NCBI GenBank assembly: GCA_020137815.1
Contig: WFME01000023.1
Span: 1-25,742, forward strand
Direction of reading: 5' to 3'
DNA from: Hormiphora californensis
Taxonomy: Eukaryota; Animalia; Ctenophora
DNA: 25,742 bases
Below, piece by piece: positions 1 through 9,648 of this stretch (its first letter is position 1; the number at the start of each line of letters is the position of its first letter). A program made the translations under genes and the position numbers. The notes beneath the pieces were generated by a model. It saw only the letters and a program-made list of their open reading frames with translations, made no database searches and was not told where the DNA came from.

Positions 1-130
1 AGGGGCAAAAGAAGAAGAACGAAAGAAGAAAGAGAACAGGAAGAGGAGAGAAGAGGAAAGATGAGAGGGGAAGGAGAGAGAGAGAGAGAGAAGAGAGGAA
101 AGAGAGAGAGGGAGAGAGGGAGAGAGAGAA

Positions 131-171
<41 letters not shown>

Positions 172-190
172 AAGCAGAGAGAGAGAGAAT
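1..190. repeat. GA-rich / (GA)n low-complexity tract
   Basis: Almost pure purine run with long (GA)n stretches. Confidence 0.95.
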
Positions 191-378
191 AAAGATGGAA
201 TGATAGAGAATGGGAGGGCGATAAATTTTGTCTTGTAAAGACTCTCCGTCTTATTCTAACGTACTCCCTATACTATATTGTTTCCTTCTTACAAGCCGCT
301 CTAATATTACTCTCCCTCTTTTCATCTCTATCATTCTCCCTCTCTCCATCGTTCCATCGTTCTCTCCCTATCTGTTAC

Positions 379-473
379 CTGCACCTGGGGTTCTGTTAAT
401 TCTTGGGTAAAAACCATTGTGCCCGGGTCGTGGTGGTGGCTAGAATCTGCGGGGGTGTAGGCAGCTGTCCCAG
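379..473 (-). CDS. Possible isolated internal exon of an unidentified gene
   Basis: The minus strand has a poly-C tract plus TAG acceptor, then 95 nt of stop-free frame (GTAAYTPADSSHHHDPGTMVFTQELTEPQVQ), then a CAG|GTAACA donor. No recognisable homology. Confidence 0.35.
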
Positions 474-1086
474 CTAGGGGGGGGGGTCAAGACAACACCG
501 CCACGGTATAATAGAGAATAAGAGTAGCTATAAGGGAGAATGACTGATAGAGAGAGGGGGAAAGAGAGACAAAAGGGAGAGAGAACGTTAGTAAGATGTA
601 CTATCTATCTCGTACCCTATCTTTGTATTGTGTAAACGTTACAGAAAATAATATAGCCCCAAGAAAAGATAGAAGTGGGGAGCTAGAGGTCGATAGAAAG
701 GAGAATTAGTCTACATTTGTCTGGCGAACAGTGAAATTAAGGAGACATGTAGGAACACTGCAGCAGTACTATTCGTGTTCTTACACTATTCACTACCACT
801 GCATGCAACCATATGTATATTCGACCTATCACGTTTAATCTTGAACCAGTTACTGTAGTGAAATGAAAGAATGAAGTGAAATATCACTATTTTCTCCCCT
901 CCCCATCGGTTTCTAATCTCGTATTTTTCTTATTTGATACTATCCAAGCCCCCACACTGTAATAACCGTCTTATGATGTAACCGCATACTAGTAAGGTCT
1001 TATATTAGAAAAAGCATTCCCTGCTCTTGAGGACAGAATACTAAATCATGTAAATACAAGTCGCTAAATTGTAAAACAAGACCTAT

Positions 1087-1988
1087 TAGGGTGATTCATA
1101 ATGATTTTCGCTAGGTACTTCTGGATCGCTAGTGATGATAGAGACCAAAAATTTCTACAGGATCTTTTAGTTTGGACTATTTGTTAACCCTAAGACCATG
1201 TTTAAAGTTTTCAATGACAAAATTTTACCGGTGACGGACTATTTATGAAGTTCAGTTTTGTTCCGGTCTCACAACCCAAATTTCAGTCCTTGGTTTTAAC
1301 CCTGTAGAGGCCGTAAATTGATTCCAATGGATCCAGGACTTTTTATAGGGGAAGAAAGACATCTTTTTGGGACATTTGTGTAAAAATTAAATCTAAATCC
1401 AATTTTCACGTTTTATTTTGTGGGCTATTTTTAGAAATTGGTCAAAAACCCATTTTTTCATTTTAATAGGCTGTCACCACGGACCTGGTTGGTCTTTTGC
1501 CAAGATTGAAAGCTCAAATTGTAAATTAAGCTTAGCTCTACATGATCCTAAAGTTATTTGGCGGTTTTGGATGTCTTAGAAGGCCTAAAATTGAAGTTCA
1601 AAAATGTTGCCCGAAAACAGGTGATTTGAAATCACATTTTTTGCCACTTTTTGGGCGATTTTTAGCACCCTACTCCAATCCAGCAACTTTTTCGGCTCAA
1701 AATGGGTTGTTTCCGATGACAACTGATAGAATGGACTACCTTATGTGTGAAAACGGCTAATTCTCAAAAAATTTACTTGCATTTTGACCATATTTTGATA
1801 CGGGAGACGGCATAGTGGCCAACCACTAGAAAACGGGCTATAGCCTTTGGAAGAAAAATAGACTGGTCCCTAAAAATGGTGTCGTGAGATCAAAATTTCG
1901 TGCTGAACAAGTTCCTGTAAAAAATTTAGGGCTCGGATGAACGAAACCCCGAAAAAATAGCTAGCGAAAATCATTATGAATCACTCTA
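1087..1988. mobile_element. Non-autonomous DNA transposon (~900 bp) with 28-bp TIRs
   Basis: TAGGGTGATTCATAATGATTTTCGCTAG (1087-1114) matches the reverse complement of 1961-1988 at 27/28 positions. The outer TA may be the TSD. No transposase ORF. Confidence 0.85.
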
Positions 1989-2792
1989 GTAATTCTGACG
2001 TTATTGTGACAGCGGCACACATGTTTATTAGGCACGGCCCCCTTACAGCACTATAATGTTTCAAGCCCTCTATTCACATTTTATTCACTCACCTCTCGCC
2101 CCCATCTAGGTCATTCTAAACGGGGAACACGCATAAAGATAAACAAATTGCTGATAACGACCACCAAAAATTGAATTTATAAACGTACCACTAGAAGCTC
2201 CTCCCTGCTTGTTGAATACCTTTTGTCACACAAACAAAACGAGTAGAAAGCATTCCACAAATTGCTAAAAGGGAGGGGTAAACATTGAAACAAGGTAATG
2301 GAATTAGTAAACTATTTGATTGGGATATATCATATAACCTATAATATTGGAATGAAGATCATTGGATCAAAAAGCATAGCTAATTGACTAATAATAGTTT
2401 GTAAGGTGAGCAAGTGAAGTGTCTAGACATGTTGTCAATAATGGATTCGATAATTACCATGATTACATGATTGTCAATAGTTGATCTAACAATGGATTAT
2501 GAGACACTGCAAGTTCATATATATTGCAATTAAACTCAGTTAATATTTAACCCGGTCATGAATTTTAGGCAACGATTATAGTATGCAAATGGGTTGGTGA
2601 TGCAGTCACCCCTCCACTAACAGCCGCGTGACAAACGAAGCCCGCTTTAATAGGCCAATAGGGGATGGTATCAGCAAGCAAATTGGGAGGCCGAGGGGTT
2701 CTATGAGGAACTTGATTACGAAGTCACTCATTTGTAAAGCTTGCACGGAGGGGTAATTTCATTACCAAATAAGGAACTGACATTTGTGCTAA

Positions 2793-3305
2793 AAACTTCA
2801 TAAACTTCATAAACTTCATAAATAACTTCAATGAAAAACACAAGGTGTCAGTGTCCTTTAACACATCCCCCTCTCGGCTCTCACTTCCAGCACCCAATCC
2901 AGGATTGAATTAGTGTTCTGAGTAGGATACCCAGTCACGGGCGGACAGTCCGGGAACTGGTCGAGCCATCGTCCCAGCAGAATCTTGAACTGATCCAGGT
3001 CATCTGCTGTGTTAACCTTCTTAGGCAATGTATTCCATAGCCTCGCAGCTTTAACAGCGAAGGAGTCGAAGAACTTAGTTTTTACTGTCCCTCTGGCACC
3101 GCTGAATAGAGATGGTACTTCAGCTTTAACTCCTGTCCTATCATTCATGTAGAATCGTGTGTTGGTACTGTTGGGTGCAACTTCGTTATACATTTTCCAC
3201 ATGTGAATGATGGTGTATCTCTCTCTTCTTCGTTGCAGAGACATAAGGTTCAGCTTTTTCAGGCGGTCCCAATAGCTGTACTGCTTCATATTATCGACCC
3301 GACGT
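2793..3305 (-). mobile_element. 5'-truncated CR1/L2-group LINE: C-terminal part of ORF2 plus 3' tail
   Basis: ORF 2858-3337 has LINE post-RT motifs (LMSLQRRRERY, SFAVKAARLWNTLP). The 3' end is a tandem 9-mer, (AAACTTCAT)3 on the + strand. Confidence 0.85.
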
Positions 3306-3566
3306 GTAAAACAATTAAAAGTTACACCCAATACCATATCTCAGCTGTTTATCAAGAGACTTGTCTCATGAGGAGTTTGGAGAAACTAATTTGTGCGTAG
3401 TGGGCAGTGGCTTTATGAATAATAATAATAATAATAAAAATGACAGTTTATATCCCGCACTGACACAGTTTGTATACAGACAACTCGTTTTCCTTAATTT
3501 GAAAGGGACTGCAGTAGACTGCCTGCTCCTAGCACGGTTCTCTGATAACGGTGAGTTAGTGGGGAA

Positions 3567-4523
3567 CTATCCCACTTGGATAAGATTATTACGGATGAAG
3601 TAGCAGCCGTCAGGATCTTCTGATCGTATCCGCTTCAAAGTGGACCTTAGAGCTTTTTGCTCTTTCAGTTCAGAGGGCGTAAGATCCGGAGAGAGATAAA
3701 CAGCCGAAAACTGTTTGGAGTCTTTGAGGTTTCGTGCCTTTCTGAGGAGTGCGAGGAGAGTCGCTCTCTTCTCCAGGGATACTAAGAGCGGTCTAGGGCG
3801 CTTCTCATTTCTTTCGCCGATGCGTTTCATCGTAGTCACTTTCGGTTTCTCATTTAATTCCTCAAAAAGTTCGTCTAAAGTAGTTTTAGCTACTCTATCG
3901 GTTGTTTCTGGGAGACCAAACACAACCATGTTCTTCTCTCTTCCGGGCTGTTGGACGGGAGTAGGATGATTCACTGGTAGTGGTTTTCCCACTTTGGGGG
4001 AGGTTGCAGCACAATTCTGTGCTAGCACAGTAGAGTAGGCTTTCACCTTCTGCACCGATGCTGTCACTGTACTGAGTTGTTGCTTCTGGTGGTTGATAAC
4101 CGTTTGCTGAAGCTCGATTACGTTAACCCGATGGCGGTCAAGTTCTTCTTTACATTCACGCAGCTGTTTCTCGAGGTTTTCCACACTGATAACCGTTTCA
4201 AAATTGTTCATTGTTGCTCGGGCAAGTTTCATACTGGAGAGAAAAATACGCGAAGTAGCCTCGATTATTTCACTCGTAGTTCGGTCCTTGAGACAATGTC
4301 TAAAGTACGAACCCCAGTGCTTGCTAGGCGAAGCTAAGCTGTCGTTGGTTAACATTGAATCGGGTGCAGCTTGAATCGATCTATAACATTGAGTAAACTC
4401 ATCTGGTTTGATGCTCGTCGTGTTGTCCGAATTCAACAGGTAAACTTCAGAAACAAAGTCATCCACCGTCTCTTCTAATCGTTTTATCATAGGGTTATCG
4501 CCCTCGTACTTCGCTTCCGACAT
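3567..4523 (-). CDS. LINE ORF1-like protein (coiled coil + RRM + CTD; L1/Transposase_22-like), 318 aa from first ATG
   Basis: Coiled coil LEKQLRECKEEL...LQQTV. Motifs REKNMVVFGLPE, RIG...RPRPLLVSL and VYLSPDLT..E....KALR are typical of LINE ORF1. Confidence 0.85.
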   Translation of the reverse strand: MSEAKYEGDNPMIKRLEETVDDFVSEVYLLNSDNTTSIKPDEFTQCYRSIQAAPDSMLTNDSLASPSKHWGSYFRHCLKDRTTSEIIEATSRIFLSSMKLARATMNNFETVISVENLEKQLRECKEELDRHRVNVIELQQTVINHQKQQLSTVTASVQKVKAYSTVLAQNCAATSPKVGKPLPVNHPTPVQQPGREKNMVVFGLPETTDRVAKTTLDELFEELNEKPKVTTMKRIGERNEKRPRPLLVSLEKRATLLALLRKARNLKDSKQFSAVYLSPDLTPSELKEQKALRSTLKRIRSEDPDGCYFIRNNLIQVG

Positions 4524-4572
4524 TATCAACGTTTCGTTTTTCTGCCCTTCGGGGCTGTTACATCGGATTCAT

Positions 4573-4610
4573 CTCAATAAATAGTTTTACGTTGTAGTTG
4601 ATGAAAGTTT
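4573..4610 (-). other. Spliced-leader-like sequence at 5' end of left arm
   Basis: AAACTTTCATCAACTACAACGTAAAACTATTTATTGAG on the minus strand. It shares the CAAACTTT...CTAC...TTGAG layout of the SL at 12562. Confidence 0.7.
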
Positions 4611-4649
4611 CAAACTTTCATCAACTACAACGTAAAACTATTTATTGAG
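4607..4649 (+). other. Spliced-leader-like sequence at 5' end of right arm
   Basis: GTTTCAAACTTTCATCAACTACAACGTAAAACTATTTATTGAG. The arms are identical up to TTGAG and differ immediately after it. Confidence 0.7.
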
Positions 4650-5807
4650 CAGGAAGATGAATCCGATGTAACAGCCCCGAAGGGCAGAAAAACGAAACGT
4701 TGATAATGTCGGAAGCGAAGTACGAGGGCGATAACCCTATGATAAAACGATTAGAAGAGACGGTGGATGACTTTGTTTCTGAAGTTTACCTGTTGAATTC
4801 GGACAACACGACGAGCATCACACCAGATGAGTTTACTCAATGTTATAGATCGATTCAAGCTGCACCCGATTCAATGTTAACCAACGACAGCTTAGCTTCG
4901 CCTAGCAAGCACTGGGGTTCGTACTTTAGACATTGTCTCAAGGACCGAACTACGAGTGAAATAATCGAGGCTACCTCGCGTATTTTTCTCTCCAGTATGA
5001 AACTTGCCCGAGCAACAATGAACAATTTTGAAACGGTTATCAGTGTGGAAAACCTCGAGAAACAGCTGCGTGAATGTAAAGAAGAACTTGACCGCCATCG
5101 GGTTAACGTAATCGAGCTTCAGCAAACGGTTATCAACCACCAGAAGCAACAACTCAGTACAGTGACAGCATCGGTGCAGAAGGTGAAAGCCTACTCTACT
5201 GTGCTAGCACAGAATTGTGCTGCAACCTCCCCCAAAGTGGGAAAACCACTACCAGTGAATCATCCTACTCCCGTCCAACAGCCCGGAAGAGAGAAGAACA
5301 TGGTTGTGTTTGGTCTCCCAGAAACAACCGATAGAGTAGCTAAAACTACTTTAGACGAACTTTTTGAGGAATTAAATGAGAAACCGAAAGTGACTACGAT
5401 GAAACGCATCGGCGAAAGAAATGAGAAGCGCCCTAGACCGCTCTTAGTATCCCTGGAGAAGAGAGCGACTCTCCTCGCACTCCTCAGAAAGGCACGAAAC
5501 CTCAAAGACTCCAAACAGTTTTCGGCTGTTTATCTCTCTCCGGATCTTACGCCCACTGAACTGAAAGAGCAAAAAGCTCTAAGGTCCACTTTGAAGCGGA
5601 TACGATCAGAAGATCCTGACGGCTGCTACTTCATCCGTAATAATCTTATCCAAGTGGGATAGTTCCCCACTAACTCACCGTTATCAGAGAACCGTGCTAG
5701 GAGCAGGCAGTCTACTGCAGTCCCTTTCAAATTAAGGAAAACGAGTTGTCTGTATACAAACTGTGTCAGTGCGGGATATAAACTGTCATTTTTATTATTA
5801 TTATTAT
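4612..5807 (+). mobile_element. ORF1-only non-autonomous LINE-like retroelement, right arm of head-to-head pair
   Basis: Inverted near-identical copy of 3418-4610. It has 7 extra nt (CAGGAAG, 4650-4656), at least 3 substitutions and a (TTA)n tail. Confidence 0.8.
4706..5662 (+). CDS. LINE ORF1-like protein (coiled coil + RRM + CTD), 318 aa from first ATG
   Basis: Same protein as the minus-strand copy except K/T and S/T changes. An in-frame TGA at 4658 and the ATG at 4706 define the start. Confidence 0.85.
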   Translation: MSEAKYEGDNPMIKRLEETVDDFVSEVYLLNSDNTTSITPDEFTQCYRSIQAAPDSMLTNDSLASPSKHWGSYFRHCLKDRTTSEIIEATSRIFLSSMKLARATMNNFETVISVENLEKQLRECKEELDRHRVNVIELQQTVINHQKQQLSTVTASVQKVKAYSTVLAQNCAATSPKVGKPLPVNHPTPVQQPGREKNMVVFGLPETTDRVAKTTLDELFEELNEKPKVTTMKRIGERNEKRPRPLLVSLEKRATLLALLRKARNLKDSKQFSAVYLSPDLTPTELKEQKALRSTLKRIRSEDPDGCYFIRNNLIQVG

Positions 5808-5834
5808 AAACGGTAACTGATAGAGAATCGATAG

Positions 5835-5892
5835 CCCTAACCGATAACCCCAAACCAAACCCTAACCAGACCCTAACGGATAGCCCTAACCC
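5835..5892. repeat. Degenerate telomere-like (CCCTAA) cluster
   Basis: Four perfect CCCTAA hexamers (5835, 5860, 5871, 5884) plus CCCCAA/CCAAA variants. Confidence 0.65.
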
Positions 5893-6419
5893 GTCGCGCG
5901 CGCTAAAACTACGAATTGTTAGCAATGAAAGGCACCCAGATTTTAACGTTTTCCATTGAAAAGCGCTGCCTTATCCCGCGCTGCAACGTTTGCCAAAGGC
6001 ATGAATGATGACCCTGAGAACCAGAACAGTTCGGTGCGAAGATCAAAACGGAGGCAAGTTCCTAACTCGAAGTATGTCGATGTCCCTATGTCAAATACTC
6101 CTTCATCTAACTCCAAACCAACGCCTCCAACCTCTTCCACTCATCTTCACACGTACCTAACGATCAACCACAAGTAACAAATCCATCGGACCCCACTGCA
6201 AATGAACTATGTAAAACTTGTAACAAGGATTTTGATCCCATCACTTCGTACCCATCACTGTTCTGTAACTCTTGTAATCTATGGTATCATTACACCTGTG
6301 CCAATATGTCTGAATCAGAGTATGAAACGGCTGCTACTGACCAGGAAGCAGAGTGGTTTTGTCATAACTGCTCAGGAATTCCTGATTATATTCCAGCGGC
6401 ACCACTTACTTCTACATGG

Positions 6420-6568
6420 GGTGGTATATCCGGGCAAACAATCATGAGCGACCTTTCTTCAGCATATTCTGAGGTTGTCGGATGGCGGCCAAAGTTTGGC
6501 CGCCATCCGACAACCTCAGAATATGCTGAAGAAAGGTCGCTCATGATTGTTTGCCCGGATATACCACC
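6420..6568. repeat. Perfect 149-bp palindrome (74-bp arms, 1-nt centre) at the MITE left junction
   Basis: 6420-6493 is the exact reverse complement of 6495-6568. The centre reads GGCCAAA-G-TTTGGCC. Confidence 0.95.
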
Positions 6569-7912
6569 GAACCGGGTTTTTTTCCACCGAACCGAACCGA
6601 ATCGAATTTGAAAAACTTTTTTACCGAACCGAACCGAACCGAACCGAACCGAATTTCGGTAATCGAACCGAACCGAACCATACAAAACTTTTTCTGTATA
6701 AATGTTTCTCTAAAAAGTCATGGAGAGCACCAATCAAGGTATTGAGAATCATTCTCTGAAATTTTGTTAAAAAATGTTTGAAAAAATTTCAAAGTCAATT
6801 TTGTGAAAAAATTTTCAAAGTCAATTTTATCGTAAATTTTCTATGTCAATTTATGCGTACGAATCGTGTTTCGAATCGGCAATGCTATACGGGAATGGTA
6901 TTGCTAATTAGCAGGATTAAACGAACCATGACTCGTGTCTCTCTAAATTTCCTAATTAGATTTGATGGGGAATCACGTATCAGCACAATCCATCTCGGAC
7001 CCACTAATTACCAACATCACTCCCGTTTAGCATTGTCGATTAGAAACACGATTCGTATACCATAATTTACTTAAAATATTTTTCACAAAAAAAATTTCAC
7101 AAAATTTCAGGTAATGATTCTCAATACCTTGATCGATGCTCTCCATGATTTTTTAGAGAAACATTTAATTTTGTGAAAAAAACTTTGTAAAATATTTCAA
7201 AGTCAATTTCGGAAAAAAAATTCTATGTCAATTTTGCCGTACGAATCGTGTTGCGAATTGGTGATGCTATGCGGCAGTGCTCTCGCTAATTAGCAGGATT
7301 TATTGAAACATGAATCGTTTCCCCTAAACTTCCTAATTAGATTTGATGGGGGATCACGTATCAGCATAATCCATCTCGGACCCACTAATTAAGCAACATC
7401 ACTCCCGCTTAGCAATACCGATTCGAAACACGATTCGTACGCAAAAATTGACATAGAAAATTTTCCATAAAATTGACTTTGAAATATTTTCCAAACTTTT
7501 TTACAAAATTTCAGAGAATGATTCTTAACACCTTGATCGGTGCTCTCCATGAATTTTTTGAAAAAAAAAGTAATTTCTGAATTTGTTGACCCTCTCATGA
7601 GGACACGATTCGACGGGAAGTCAGGTATCAAATCAATCCATATCGAACCCGCTAACTAGCGAAATCATTTCCACATAGCACCACCGATTCGAAATAGGGT
7701 TAATACGGCGAAATTGACATTGAAATCCATACAATTTTCGTGAAATAATTGGAAAATTTTGCATGAAAAAGCCCGATTTCTGGGCATTTTTTGACCAAAA
7801 AATTCGGTGGTTCGGCCAAAATTTCCTACCGAACCGAACCGAACCGAACCGCCCAAAAAACACCGAATTTCCGAACCGAACCGAACCGAACCGAATATTC
7901 GGTCGCTTCCTG
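6566..7912. mobile_element. Non-autonomous hAT-like element with (CCGAA)n subterminal repeats; left tip missing
   Basis: Right end ...TTCGGTCGCTTCCTG is followed by the 8-bp target GGCCAAAC (7913-7920), 7 nt of which recur at 6487-6493. CCGAA arrays lie at both ends. The interior has inverted (6700-6775 vs 7095-7166 and 7500-7560) and direct (6850-7060 vs 7230-7440) blocks. Confidence 0.85.
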
Positions 7913-9564
7913 GGCCAAACCTTTTCAAGTTACCAAAAGGTGCTGCCGGACAAGCTTTTGTTTCTGAAGTAAACCGTCTAATCAATGCCTGGACTATCAA
8001 ATCTGACCTTGAACAGGTGGCAATATTGGCGGTAAACACTATCGGCGCCCTTGTTCTCCAAAAACCTGGAAAAAGGTCGACCCCCAAAGAGCACACCACC
8101 GCTCTTACTAGGAGACTTGAACTCTGGAAAAACGGACAGTTCTTAGATCTATTGTCTGAGGCCAGAGCTATACAAAAACAAATTCGATCGAGTACCCAGA
8201 GTAGCGAAAGTACTAGCAAAGGGTTTGCACGCCTAATGCTCGCCGGAAAGGTGAATAAAGCCATGCGTCTTCTCTGCACATCTCACGCCGCCCCGCTCGA
8301 AGTAACACCTGACCTAATCAAGGACCTCGAGAAGAAACACCCTCCAGATGCTCCTCTAAACAGAACCCACCTTGTGTCATCTCTACCTGCACCGGGTTTT
8401 GAGAGAGTAATCTTCGACAGCATCGACGGTCTCATGATTAAGAAAGCTGCCAAATCCACCGGTGGCGGCTGTGGTCCTAGTGGGATGTCCTCTGAGCTAT
8501 GGTCCCGTATGTTGTGCTCCAAGGCATTTACCAAAGAAGGGGACAACCTAATTTCTTGTCTGGCCCGATTAACTAGAAGACTCTGCACAGAGCTGGTGGA
8601 TCCGTCACCTTTATCATCGCTTTTGGCATGTAGGTTAGTTGGACTGAGTAAAAACCAAGGAACTGGGGTTAGACCCATCGGAATAGGGGAAGTTTTGCGG
8701 CGGATAATCGGTAGAGCGGTCACCCAACATCTCAGACAAGATATTATCCAATCAGCGGGCCCGCTACAGCTGGCAGCCGGCCAGGAGGGCGGATGTGAAG
8801 CTTCTGTACATGCTATGAACGATTATTTTTCGAGAGACAATACCGAGGGTATTCTGTGTGCTGATGCTTCTAATGCATTCAATATTTTAAATCGTAAAAC
8901 TGCTTTAGTCAATATGCGTTATTTATGTCCAGTTTTTTCCGTTTTTTTTTGATTAATTTTTATCGCTCACACACCAAACTCTTCCTATACAATGGCGAAT
9001 ATATTATGTCGTGTGAAGGTACCACCCAAGGAGACAACGCTGCTTCTCCTTTCTATTCCATCTCCCTGTATCCCCTGATGAACGACCTATCGGACTGTAC
9101 GGACTTTCAATTGTTTTACGCTGACGATGGGGCTTCAGCTGGGAAACTCCATAACATCAAGAGGTGGTGGGATGAACTCTGTGAGCGTGGTCCAGGATAT
9201 GGGTATTACCCTAACGGATCAAAGTCAGTTCTCCTGGTGAAGGAGCAGTATGCCCGCGAAGCTAGAGATCTTTTTGCGGGCACAGGAGTAGTTATCACGA
9301 CAGAAGGAGTCAGGTATCTGGGATCACCTATCGGAACTGACGAATTTAAGAACAACTTCGTATCCGAAAAGGTGGAGGATTGGGTGAACCAAGTACGAAC
9401 ACTGTCTCAAATAGCTGCAACCGAACCACAGTGTGCCTACAGCGGGTATACCTTCGGTCTGTCCAAGAAATGGCTTTTTCTGATGCGGACAACAGAGGGG
9501 ATTGAAGAACAGTTTGCACCTCTTGAGAACATCATCAAGTCATCTTTCATTCCAGCTCTTATGG

Positions 9565-9648
9565 TTGGTGATGACATCCCCTATTATCTTCGCCGGCTTC
9601 GTTGCCGCGCTTCGCGCGGCCCTAGTGGAGGGGGGACCGCGTCACCAA
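9565..9648. mobile_element. 84-bp micro-insertion with short TIRs and TSD, in frame within the RT ORF
   Basis: CTCTTATGG is duplicated at 9556-9564 and 9649-9657. The ends are TTGGTGA...TCACCAA. Removal restores FIPALMGSNTPSHLRYIAALPARDGGL. Confidence 0.8.

Larger units (their letters stand above)
3418..4610 (-). mobile_element. ORF1-only non-autonomous LINE-like retroelement, left arm of head-to-head pair
   Basis: SL-like 5' end, a single ORF1-type ORF, a ~130-nt 3' UTR ending GCGGGATATAAA, and an (ATT)6 tail. No ORF2. Confidence 0.8.

Noticed and set aside
4650-4656. CAGGAAG equals the inferred first 7 nt of the hAT MITE TIR
   Set aside because: There is no TSD or other MITE sequence here. 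Its position right after the SL and its AG end fit alternative acceptor use better, so the match is probably coincidence.
3418-5807. Palindrome as a pure read-foldback or amplification artefact
   Set aside because: The arms differ by substitutions, tail length and a 7-nt AG-bounded segment, and the outer flanks are unrelated. It is not fully excluded without raw reads.
5835-5892. True telomere or chromosome end
   Set aside because: Only four interspersed hexamers, lying internal to continuous sequence.
5890-6000. HDV-like or hammerhead ribozyme at the 5' end of the CRE-like element
   Set aside because: I could not build the required pairings or a CUGANGA/GAAA core by eye. A covariance-model search would be needed.
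7807-7912. N-terminus (PNRTE repeats) of the 381-aa ORF as real protein
   Set aside because: It is translated MITE (CCGAA)n sequence. The true frame continues from 6493.
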